From Lingula anatina (Eukaryota; Animalia; Brachiopoda), in NCBI GenBank assembly GCA_051362555.1, contig CM120644.1:18560534-18624533 (forward strand): a stretch of 64,000 bases of DNA, written 5' to 3'. Below are positions 1-11,213 of the stretch, piece by piece; position 1 is the stretch's first letter; every line of letters starts with the position of its first letter. Made by a program: the position numbers and the translations under genes. A model generated the notes under the pieces. That model was not told the DNA's origin. It did no database searches and was given only the letters and a program-made list of their open reading frames with translations.

Positions 1-850
1 ACACCTAGACATCTAGCTGCATCTAAAATAATCTTAGCTGTATGGTATGCTGGTACGATGAATAAAATTGCTGGTTTAATTTCAATTTTAAAACAATTAT
101 CAGGAACACAAAAACGATTCAATATATCTGGGATACCCATTATCTGACTAAAAAGTAACGATCCTATGCATTTTAATTTGTATTTTATATTGTGGCGCCT
201 GTTACATCTCATATATGATTCTAGATGCTTTGTGTTAAATAATAATTTTAAACAAAAGTTCCTTGCTTCTGGATGTCTTAATAGTTGTTTTAAGATCAAT
301 TGAAATAAATTTGGCCCGCCAAAACGAAAAGAAAAAGGCCCAGTCACCTAAAAACATTCTCACCCAGCCTAGTAAAGACACCTGAGAGGCCAACTATATT
401 CTATCCCCCCTCCCAACAAACAAACACACACACACACGAATGATCTAGTAACTTAATGTCAAAATCAATCTATTTTATTTATTTATGACGGTATTTTTTC
501 ATTTTTGAAATACAACACTCCTTTTTTTAGATGCAGAACCGTTCTATTTTGTTTACTTAAATAAAATTTAACTTGCTCCACCCAACAGCAAGGCGAGGTC
601 CCCAGGAGACTTCAATCCCCCCACTCCCACTCCCCGGCCTAGGATATTTTATGGTAGACAACGATCGGCGGCCACTCGCACGACGGGGAAAAAATCGTGA
701 TATTCCGGACAAATTCCGCAGTGAAGGTTACCTGTGCACTGTAGACACTGGAGAGCGCGAGGAGAGGCTTCCGCGGTGAGGGTTATGGTGGCGGTAGGCA
801 ATTATCACAGGTTGCCTCTCCCTCCCTCCGCTCCTGTTTCTCTTTGCAAG

Positions 851-1004
851 AACGATTCTGGCTTCTCAGAATCATTTTTGAAAAACGACACTAGTTTCTG
901 GATGCCAGAATCGATTTTGAAAAACGACACTAGTTTCTGGTTGCCAGAATCGTTTTTAAAAAACGACATTAGTTTCTGGTTGCCAGGTTCGTTTTTGAAA
1001 AACG
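851..1004. repeat. 39-bp minisatellite (3 full + 2 partial units) with internal palindromes
   Basis: Unit AAAAACGACACTAGTTTCTGG(A/T)TGCCAGAATCG(A/T)TTTTG at 881-919, 920-958 and 959-997, with partial copies either side. Contains TTCTGG-nnn-CCAGAA and CGTTTTT-n-AAAAACG dyads. Confidence 0.9.
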
Positions 1005-2106
1005 AAACTGGAAACTAGAAACTAGACACTAACTTCAGCGCCCTGATTCAGCTAGTCAAAATATTATTACAAGAGGGGACCAGAAATCGAAGGGGGTGGG
1101 GAGTTAGGACCCCCCCACCCCCACCCCTCTAAATCCGCCACTGTCCATATACCCGTAGGGAATATTTCGTCTGTAAGATAAAAATACCCCTACCCTTACC
1201 TGCCACTAGTGGGATGTACACATTCAACAAAACCAGCTCAATTTTCCAGAGCGTACTCACTTTTTGATCAGTTTCAATATGCTGAATACTTCAAAAGCCT
1301 CCGCTTCCGATTGTTTAAATTTTTTATGATACTTTACGGAAAGTCACGAAGCTCCGTGTGCTTTCAATAGACGTCACGTTTTCGTTATTAACGATTCATT
1401 TTTAATGCAGACCGCATATATCTATTTTCACGTCAACGGAGACCTGGGTTTTGTCTGTACTATGAAAACTTTAAAATATTATATATTGGGATATTACGCA
1501 TGAATAAGGGTTAAAATCAAAACCCATTTTGATCAGCCTCCAGTTTTTTTATTCGGTAGCATTATAACGTTGTGGCTTCGGAGTTTTTTCCGGTGCGAGG
1601 GAGGTTTTTCATCAGCATCTAGTACTTAAATGGATGTGGTAGCTAGATTTGGAATGTACGACTTCCCCCCCAAGAAGAAGGACAGGAGACATACAGTCCA
1701 ACCAGGTCAGTTTGCCGGCGAGAAACCTACACCGTAGGAAATTTCAGTAACCGAAGAAGAAAGAACACGAAAATACCAAGACCAAACAAAGCCGACGAAA
1801 ACATAAAAAAAAATATATATATATATATATATCAAGGTAGGTGTGTTTCAAATCTCCGCCTTATTTAATTTTGGCATGTTATCATTTTCAAAACTTTAAG
1901 ATAAACCGAAATATGCAGTGTATAGGCAATTTTCCCAAAATATTAAATATGATGTAATCTAAAAAAAATAAAAACAGTCGTAGTAAGTACCAAATACGAG
2001 AGGAAAAAAGATCACAGTATCAGTTTCATTATAATTCTAAATATACCGGATGTTTCTGGGCTCATGACGGCACTCGAACTGAAACCGGTTTGGGTCTGTC
2101 TGATTT

Positions 2107-2366
2107 CAGTGGCGGATTTAGAAGGGGGTGTCTGGGAGATCTGACCCCACCGTTCGATTTCTGAAAAAAAACCCACACCAATGATCCCCTCTTGAATTTA
2201 GAATTTTGACTAGCTGACTCGTAGTTCTAAAGTGTACCAAATGGCCCTCTAACATACCCAAAATTTTGGAGGCCCAAAAGGGGAGGGGAGAGGGTCGGCT
2301 TTGCATCCGCGGCCTGTCAGTCCTAAAAACCGGACCCCCCTTCAAATAATCCTAGATCCACTACTG
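2107..2366. mobile_element. Non-autonomous TIR element (CAG(T/G)GGCGGAT...ATCCGCC(A/C)CTG termini, hAT-like MITE family)
   Basis: Terminal inverted repeats CAGTGGCGGAT / ATCCACTACTG, flanked by GATTT direct repeat. Conserved internal motif TTTTGACTAGCTGAATC. Confidence 0.75.
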
Positions 2367-2763
2367 GATTTGGAGTAATATTTAGAAATTATGTTGTTGG
2401 ATAAGAATCAGTTTGGATAAGAATCAATGAATACTTGAAGAAGAAAAGAATTAAATGCACGAGAGTTCAGGTCTTATAAAGTTATTTCTTTGAAAGAACT
2501 GTTAAATTTGCACTGTAGTATAAAACGTTTACTAAACGTTTACTTAGAAAAAAAGAACGCATATTTCAATATATCAAACCAATGTGTATTCCACAAGAAT
2601 ATAACCATCGGGTAATAATTGTGTTTTGGCATAGCATTTGTTCCTGGTATCAAACCCTGCTGTGGGTACATAAGTCTGGGCAAAACGTAATTTCAGTGTT
2701 TTTCAGTGGCTTTTGTTACAGCCGTTATAATACTGAATAGGAGATAGATCCGCATTATATTTA

Positions 2764-4414
2764 CAGACTTGACATTTGATATGGAATGTTTTTTCCAAAT
2801 CATAATCCATCAGTTTTTTTTTCCTATTTTGCAGACTGATAAATGAAAATAAGGATTAAAATCGTGTCTTAATTACTTTTGATAATCTATCCGATGTCAT
2901 TGTGACATCAGTTTATTAATTGAATTCGCCGGTGAAGCAAACAAAAATACATTGCCTATAATACGACAACCATTGAAAGCGATATTTTGGATCTCCATAT
3001 TTTCCAAATTATCGTCTTTAAAAGAGTTACACGCCCCATAAAGGCCCCTTATGTTAGTGTCTATAGTCACAGCAACAGTCGCTGTTATGCCTGACCTCAT
3101 CTCCCTGCATGCTCCTAGCTTTCAAGCGGCAAGGCATACTGTGGGATAGGTTTTTGGAATTCAATCTGGAATAAAATTCCAGGAAACGGTTAAAACTTGT
3201 CCAGTTTGGTTCAGTTTTGTTTTAAGACGCTGTTGATTCGGCGACTAATGACCTACCCACATATTGTCTATGTGGTTCAAATATGGCGATTTTGATGACC
3301 AAGGTAGCTGCTCATTCCCTTGGTTCTGTAAGTTATCTGCTATTAAAAGTGCACTGTGTGAACCGGCAATCTGATCGTGCAACCTAAAATTGTTCCTAAG
3401 GTACCCCCCTATCAGATGATAGTCAGCTGGTTCCCAGATTATTCCTTTATTTGATCTGGTTCAGGTTTTCATCGATGACTTCCATTGGTGTTTTGGCACC
3501 AATGTGGTATCCACTCCAAATATTGACGCTGTCAATGATCCTAGTCACTTCAGAAGCGGCACTCGCCTTGTCGTTGGCCTCTTCAGGATGTCTGTAAACA
3601 CTGTTTTGACCAGTTTAGCGGTACAGGTGAAATCTGACCTCAATAAAGAAAACCACGCGGTTTCAATGTTCTACCCAGAAAATGTCATGGTCCCCAGATC
3701 ATTAGAGAAACAGACTACGCTGTTTTGCTGTTTACAGTGACTTCCTCAGAGGTGGCCTGGTATTCTAACCTGCTAAAACTAGTTTGGTGTTCGCTAAGAA
3801 CCTTGAAAAACGCGTTTTGGTGACAATTTGCCCCTCATTCAAAACGGACTGGGTGGTTTTGGTTTAATGCATTGCAGCAGCATATCCTGAAAGACATTGA
3901 GTCCTGTACCCTGGTGGTAAGATATCGATACATTGGGCGTGGTCTCTGTGTGGGTACATAAGTCTGGGCATTACTCTATGAAACTGTGCGGACCGTTCCG
4001 TTTGGAGCAATAATCTGTCTTGCAATGTCTGTCTTTTTCGCGCCATTCTGGCACAGCTTAACAATTTTGTAAAACACTCCTTAACTCATTTTACGCACTG
4101 CAAAACCAACCGCTTGCATGCAAAATTTCAAATTCTTCTATGTAGTAGTTGCTGACATATGGACACTTTTTAGATAGAACCATGCTTCGCCAAAGCCAAG
4201 CTTTGACCAGCCCAAAGGAGCACTAACCGATTAAATCACTGCATATTACACAATGCAGCAGTGCAACAGACTTGGTAATCAATTAATTGGTAGCGACACA
4301 CCTGACTTCTCCAGTCAGATATCTTATATGAGATCTGGGTTTTTTAATAAAGAACGCATTTTTACCTAGGTATACCTTTAAAACTGAAATATTCCATAAT
4401 AAATGTCAAGTCTG
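2764..4414. mobile_element. 1.65-kb non-autonomous DNA transposon with TA target duplication (Tc1/mariner-like)
   Basis: TIRs CAGACTTGACATTTGATATGGAAT (2764-) and ATTCCATAATAAATGTCAAGTCTG (-4414), TA on both sides. The paralogous empty site in unit 3 (~18618-18632) reads ATTATATTTATATTCCC. No transposase ORF visible. Confidence 0.85.
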
Positions 4415-4764
4415 TATATTCCCACTGCTGCCCACTTGGGTTTCGTATCATCATTAAGTTTTGAGATTATCTAAATCAATATAATGGAAATATGAATAAT
4501 TCATATAAAATAAATACCGGGTACATAGATCAGGATTTGTCGCAACCATACTGACTATAAAAAGCAAGCTTCACCCATAGTTCAGTGTATAGTTGCTTGG
4601 TGATAAGCTATTATTAACGTCGTTTGGCAATATTTAAAAATTTTAACGCTCTCGTCAGCAGAGATAATACACCGCAAAAAGCGGTTAGTATAATATCATC
4701 CTTAAACGCACCAATTAGGCCGCATTCAGCGCTGAAAGCTAGCAAACGAACAATACCTTTCTCT

Positions 4765-4885
4765 GAAACAGGAAGTCTACCCTCCATTTAGTTATAATTT
4801 AGGGTTAGCCTCACCTAAGTGGGTCAAAATCTAGGGGGAGGCTTACCTGTACAAATGAATGGGAAGCGGACTCTCTGTTACGGGG
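4765..4885. repeat. Dispersed repeat (TTAGGGTTAG / ACCTGTACAAATGAATGG family)
   Basis: Same sequence at ~11922-12060 and ~18972-19110, and inverted at ~29487-29627 and ~53552-53690. Confidence 0.7.
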
Positions 4886-5127
4886 AACACTGGCCTCGCT
4901 TCCTCTTGTCCTGGAGGTTCCAGGTCACGGCCTGTCGTGTGGTGCTGGGTTCTGTTTTTCTCCAGGGTGTGTCCAGCCACCCCCATTCCCTTCTCAAAAA
5001 TGTGCTTGGCCACTGGTTTAAAAACCGCCTACAGTAGTACTATATCCCTCCCAGAGTTTCATATGGACCAATATTTTATCGTTATTTTTTACCAGGTCGG
5101 GTATCTTTTCCACAATCGTTGACGACT

Positions 5128-6573
5128 ATGGCGACTTTAAAAATGACGATTATAACATGTGCAATACTGCTGTTCTTTGCAGGTAAGTTGTGGCGATTAT
5201 CTCCACCTTCCTTTGGTTTTTCCATTCTTTGATTTTTTTCTCCTTTGCCCTCTTATTCATTTTTTCTTCTCTCTGTATTTGCTTTTAAATAAAATGTTTA
5301 CTGCTTTTTGTTACTTTACCATTAATTAACTTTCCCCAAAATTCTTTCTCTTTTTCTAAATTTATTTTTCCTCATCGCCTGCTTTTCTTTTCTTTTTTTT
5401 TTTTTCTGTCAAAATAGTACGGCGACTTTGAGATCATATATCTCATCAAGCATTACATAAAGCATAACGTCATTTGTGACACCATAATTCTGTATTTTGC
5501 ATGCATTAAAAACGTTGTCATAATTATCGGTCGCGAAAAGTAAGCATTACACGATTAACTTATGAAAACTGCCATTATATGAAGTTATTGTATAAATTAG
5601 TGTATTCTGCCTGAGTTTATTCGTCGATGACTATGGCGACGGACCGCTTCTTATTTCTTTTTTGCTTCCTTCCACCCTTTATTCATTTGCTTCCTTCCTC
5701 CGTTTCTTTCTTTTTTATCATCTCTTCTTCCTTTCTCTTATTCCTACAGTTCTTCTTACCTTCGTTGTTGTGTAACGGGGAATTTACCTTGCTTTTACTC
5801 ACAGGAATTGTTTTGCTTCTTGTTCTAATAACTCTCTTACTATTTCTAGTTCTACTACTACCACTACTACTACTCCTACTACTACTACTACTACTACTTC
5901 TACTACTACTGCCACCACTACTACTACTGCTACTACTACTACTACTGCTACAACTACCACTACCACTACTACTTCTACTGCTACTACTACTACTACTACT
6001 ACTACTGCTACTTACTACTACTACTGCTACTGCTACTGCTACTACTACTACTACTACTGCTACTACTACTACTACTACTGCTACTTCTGCTACTACTACT
6101 ACTACTACTACTGCTACTACTACTACCACTACTACTACTACTACTACTACTTATCTTCCTTGTCTCATCCTCATCCTCCCCTCCTACTCCGCACTAATAG
6201 ATATTGCTAGGTCACGCGACGGCGCGTGCGTTGGCAGGGAGACCATCAGGGAATTAGCGGCATCACTTTTTGAGTGGGGTCGGCCATAGTTAGTCCGCAG
6301 ATTATCTGTTCTGAATGAGCTCTTAATTTCCTCTTTCATTGACCAGGTAACATCAGCGCTATGAACGTCATGCATGAGGGTCTGCTCTACCAATGCCAGC
6401 TGGTCCAGAGGGTTTTACAACAACAGCTACCATGGGCTTATCCGATGAGAAGAAAAACAAGGAGTGCTTATTGCAGGCCGTGCAAGTGCCCATCAGAAAA
6501 GCCAGACTATGAAAAGAATAAAAGAACTTACAAATGCGTGAAGGCAGGGAGATCTAACTGTCATGGTTCTTAA
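5128..6573 (+). CDS. Secreted cationic cysteine-rich prepropeptide, paralog 1 (93 aa)
   Basis: join(5128..5182,6347..6573). Donor G|GTAAGT, acceptor TTGACCAG, phase 1 matches. MATLKMTIITCAILLFFAGNISA-MNVMHEGLLYQCQLVQRVLQQQLPWAYPMRRKTR-SAYCRPCKCPSEKPDYEKNKRTYKCVKAGRSNCHGS. Acceptor TTTTTTACCAG at 5095 implies an upstream UTR exon (candidate donor AAG|GTAGGT at 1836). Structure preserved in three copies. Confidence 0.85.
5852..6151. repeat. (CTA/CTG/CCA)n intronic microsatellite
   Basis: ~300-bp imperfect trinucleotide run inside the peptide-gene intron. Confidence 0.95.
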
Positions 6574-7248
6574 CGCGTCGGACTCTGTTCAAGGCAGAGA
6601 CGCGTTTGGCTTCCGCTTTATACTGAAGAGGTGGGCTTACTTGTAAATGTATTATTACTAAGTATCGGGAGCACGTGTTTGTGTCACGTCACGTGTTTTA
6701 CAAAATTAGTATACAAACATGGAAGTAGAACTGGAAGAATAATGTGCACTTAAGTCACGTCACAGAGGTCAGAATGACCCTAGCTAACTACTTAGTTTAT
6801 TTGAGTTTTCAGCCCAATCAAGTTTTTCTTACCATTTAAAAGATTGATATTCTGCTTCATTCAGACAGGCTCAGAATGTCTTATTAAGACTGTTAAAAAT
6901 ATCAATTTATATCTGAAAAATTAATAATAAGCTTTCAGACACACACCAAATGTAAACCCTCAAGTTTGTTCTAGGAAGATAATGCTTTTTTAACTTTAAT
7001 GTGACAAAAAAAGAATAAATACTTCTGTGACTCTTTTGTTTGGTTTTCATAGATTTCATTATCGTTTTTAAATTGTCTTTTTTTATTCCAACTCCCGGTG
7101 GGAAAAAAAGTGATAATTTGCTATTTATAGCTCAAGTCAAATGTAAACCAAGAAAAATTAACAAGTCGTGCATGGCGGCTGACATTACCCCAGTGTTATA
7201 TGGAACTGGATTTATGAACAAATAATATATTAAAATTCTGTTTTCTTA

Positions 7249-7399
7249 GGACGCATTCACAACAGTGGACTAACTAGTCCGAGGGTCAAATATGGCGACC
7301 CACTACAAAGCTTGACGTCTTATCCGCTAATAGATGCTGAATAGTGGATCGGCCATATTTGACTCTCGGACTAGTAAGTCCACTGTTCTGAATGCGGCC
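7249..7399. mobile_element. Tourist/PIF-Harbinger-like MITE (hairpin, TTA target duplication)
   Basis: ~55-bp imperfect TIRs GGACGCATTCACAACAGTGGACTAACTAGTCCGAGGGTCAAATATGGC... / ...GCCATATTTGACTCTCGGACTAGTAAGTCCACTGTTCTGAATGCGGCC, TTA on both flanks. Confidence 0.85.
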
Positions 7400-8592
7400 T
7401 TATATGAAAAACTAAATCTACTCACTATGTTAAATACTTAAAGCCAAATTTTATCTAGAAGTTAATGAACTGAAAAAAGTGAAATTTTAATAATCAGTGA
7501 CATGTTGAAAATAAAAATTGGACAATAATTACGCTTAAACAAAGTAAATGATTACCGAAAGAGGGGGATGCAGCTAGCACACACACTGTGCATCTTCAAG
7601 TAAAAAGAAAGCATTTATTTAAATAAACTCTTCTTTGTCATTTTTATTTTAATATCGTTAAAAGTTATCTTTTGATAGGGTGATTACATTTAGAAGAGCA
7701 ATATCCTTCATCTACAATACTGCACCACTATACATTTGACCGTAATCCGCAATTAAAATACAAACAAATCAGAATAGTTATTTAGATCACAGCATTACTA
7801 TCAAAACACTTTCTTATTTAGTCTTTTTATTTCCAATAATTATACATGGTCTTCAATTAATGTCTTTTACTGCAAAGAAGTTCATCGGGTATTCGATGGA
7901 CGTACGATCCTAAAATCCGTGCGTCCGGTTGTGGTCGAGGCATAAATTGGGAATGAGCCAATACACAGTTTGCAGCTGTGTATTCCTTTATTTTAGCAGC
8001 ACTTTTTTGCTGTTTTTTCTTTTCGCCCTCTCACATAAGTTTCGGGGTCTCCACAGGCTGTCACCCAAAAAATTAAATCAGAGTGACTTCAGCACAGCAT
8101 CAGGTGGCTTTTCTTGGCTAGAATGACGTTATGCGGCACCCACAGCCTCGCTTTAGGCTAGGTTGATCGCGATCAGGTTAACACTACTGTTGACATACTG
8201 TAGATCATCTGCTTGTTGAGAAAATTAGTATTTTTTAACGGATTCCAAGGTTACCCTTTTTTCGAAATGGCCACTCGGTTTTGGTTGCTGACAACACAAA
8301 ATCAAAACTTTTAGTAGCATCAGGAAACAGCACAATGTTTTCAAGTCCTGCTTTCTGTAGCCCTACCGTCACTTCACCTTTTTTTTTAGTAGTAAAGTGA
8401 AGAATTTCTCCTCAACAACACAAAAACTGACCTTTTCCAACAATCCAACACGACAATGGTTATGACGTCATAAGAGGTAGCAACGTCATGGACCGCCGCG
8501 GTTGCTGTAACGTTAGTTACAATAACACAACTTTAGACTACGGAGGTGTAGAATCTCAAGTGGTGATTATATTTACCTTAATTTACAGTAGT

Positions 8593-8685
8593 ATGGATGA
8601 GGTGAAATCGGGTGTAGGCCGATTTGGACGCATTCAAATACTGACATTGACTGGTATGTCTGTCTCAACAACGATTGCGATTTAA
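8593..8685 (+). pseudogene. Truncated duplicate of the 5' end of the 23530 gene (16 homologous codons, then junction sequence)
   Basis: MDEVKSGVGRFGRIQI matches MDVGESGVGRFGRIQI at 23530; homology stops at 8641. Confidence 0.7.
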
Positions 8686-9598
8686 CTATCACACCAAACG
8701 CAATCTTAACACATTTTTATCTCTACCTTGGGTCAGTTTTGTTCCCTTAAAAATAATTTATTCATCAATGATAAGATTTGATATACAAAATGAAAACTAA
8801 GTATTACCATAAACAACAATGAAAACATCGAACAAGCTCCACTTATGGTTCATGAATAATATAACACACAGTATAATGAGAGATCAAGTTCCAATCCATT
8901 TATTCAGTATTTTAGGCCTAGAAGCAAGAAGTACATCACAATTAAAAATACATTAATTATTTGCAGTCTATCAGCTTAAAAAACACACCTGACATTTTGG
9001 CTATATTTTTGTCATATACTGTATTAGAGATAAAATTGCCTTTTTCAGGTCTGAAATGCTTTCTCATTTTAACATTGCAACATTTTTTGCAAAATTTCTG
9101 ATATTTTATATAAAAAAATAACCATTATTTTCAAACGGCCCACATACACATATGATATGTACGGATAGCTTAGTGAATTACATTTGAAAATGCACTTCCG
9201 GAAAGCTTTTGGTCCGCGGATGCGAAACCGACCTCTCCCCCCCCCCCCTCAAATTGGCGTGGGGTTCGGGACTTGCTGAAGGGCCCCGAAATTTTTTGGT
9301 ATTTTAGAGGTCGAACGGTGCCATTTGGTACGGTTTAGAACTATGATTCAGCTAGTCAAAATTCTAATTACAAGAGGAGACCAGAAATGGCGTGTACACA
9401 TGTTTTCTTGGGTCAAAAACGAAAATCTTAGGTTTCACATATACATTTAAAAGGTTCTAAATCTAAAATTAAGATTGTTTTCGAAAATACATGGCGTCAT
9501 CAGCATGATCATGAAAATAACTAAGTAGAGAGAGAGAGAAAGAGAGAGAGATGGTTGAGTTTGTCCATGGACAATAAACACGAAAGAGGGATATCCAT

Positions 9599-9875
9599 CA
9601 GGGGCGGATCCAGGTTTATTTGAAGGGGGGGGGGGGGGGGGGGGTCCGCGGATGCGAAACCGACCCCTCCCCTCCCCTCAACTTGGCGTGGGGTTCGGGA
9701 CTTGCTGAAGGGCCCCGAAATTTTTTGGTATTTTAGAGGGCGAACGGTGCCATTTGGTACGGTTTAGAACTATGATTCAGCTAGTCAAAATTCTAATTAC
9801 AAGAGGGGACCAGAAATCGAAGGGGGGGGGGGGGGGATTTAGGACCCCCTGACCCCCCCTCTAAATCCGCCGCTG
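9599..9875. mobile_element. hAT-like MITE (CAGGGGCGGAT termini)
   Basis: CAGGGGCGGATCC...ATCCGCCGCTG flanked by TCCAT direct repeat. A partial copy lies at ~9211-9388. Confidence 0.75.
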
Positions 9876-10890
9876 TCCATACACCCGTAGGGAATATTTC
9901 GGCTGTAAGATAAAAATACCCCTACCCTTACCTGCCACTAGTGGGATGTACACATTCAACAAAACCAGCTCACTTTTCCAGAGCGTACTCACTTTTTTGA
10001 TCAGCTTCAATATGCTGAATACTTCAAAAAACCTCCGCTTCCGATTATTTAAATATTTTATGAGACTTTACGGAAAGTCATGCAGCTCCGTGTGCTTTCA
10101 ACAGACGTCATGTTTTCGTCATTAACGATTCATTTGTTATGCAGACCGCATATATCTATTTTCACGTCAACGGAGAGCAACGGAGGGTTTTGTTTGTACT
10201 ATAAAAACTTAAAAATATTATATATTGGGATATTACGCATGAATAAGGGTTAAAATCAAAACCCATTTTGATCAGCCTCCAGTTTTTTTATTGGGTAGTA
10301 TTATAACTTTGTGGCTATGGAGTTTTTTCCGGTGCGAGGGAGGTTTTTCATCAGCATCTAGTACTTAAATGGATGTGGTAGATTTGGAATGTACGACTTC
10401 CCCCAAGAAGAAGGACAGGAGACATACAGTTCCAAAATCGTTATTATATTTTTTTAATACTTGAGTTTGAAAAAAAAAAAGAAATACGCTAAGGTACTCA
10501 AACTGAAATCGTTTGCCAGCGAGATACCCACACCGTAGGAAGTTTCAGTAACCGAAGAAGATAGAACAAGAAAATACCAAGACCAAACAAAGCCGACGAA
10601 AACATCCAAAAATAACAAGGTAGGTGTGTTTCAAAGCTCCGCCTTATTTAATTTTGGCATGTTATCATTTTCAAAACTTATGGATATAGCGAAGGATGCA
10701 GTGTATTGGCAATTTTTTTTTCCAAAATATTAAACAAGATGAAATCTGAAAAAAAAGACAATCGTTGTAAATACCAAATACGAGAGGAAAAAAGAACACA
10801 GTATCGGTTTCATTATAATTCTAAATATACCAGATGTTTCTGGGCTCATGACGGCACTCAAACTGAAACCGGTTTGGGTCTGTCCGATTT

Positions 10891-11213
10891 CAGTGGCGGA
10901 TTTAGAAGAGGGGAGGTGTCCGGGGAGGTGGGGGGTGGCTGACCCCACCCTTCGATTTCTGAAAAAAATCACACCAATGTGTTTCTTTCTATCATCTGTT
11001 CTTCCTTTCTCTTGAAATTAGAATTTTGACTAGCTGAATCATAGTTCTAAAGCATACCAAATGCCACTGTCCGCCCTCTAAAATACCCAAAATTTTCGAG
11101 GCAATTTAGCGGACCCTGAACCCCAAGGGGGGGGGAGGGTCGGCTTCGCATCCGCGGCCTGTCATTACTATAATAACCGGACCCCCCTTCAAATAATCCT
11201 AGATGCACCACTG
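10891..11213. mobile_element. hAT-like MITE (paralog of 2107-2366)
   Basis: CAGTGGCGGAT...ATGCACCACTG, GATTT flanks. Confidence 0.75.

Noticed and set aside
851-1004. Palindromic 39-bp repeats resembling a CRISPR array
   Set aside because: Units are contiguous with no unique spacers, there are no cas genes, and the context is eukaryotic; it is a minisatellite.
4797-4809. TTAGGGTTAG telomere-like motif
   Set aside because: Fewer than two units and part of a dispersed repeat; not an interstitial telomere.
5627-6289. Long poly-Leu/Thr/Ser/Val ORFs (also 12818-13331 and 19945-20854) suggesting mucin or membrane proteins
   Set aside because: They are translations of an intronic (CTA)n microsatellite, open in several frames on both strands; frame and length are not conserved between paralogs.
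7040-7225. ORF conserved in units 1 and 2 (14111-14296), and similar ORFs at 4819/11976/19026
   Set aside because: Non-ATG starts; conservation only reflects the recent duplication, and the frames break or shift between units.
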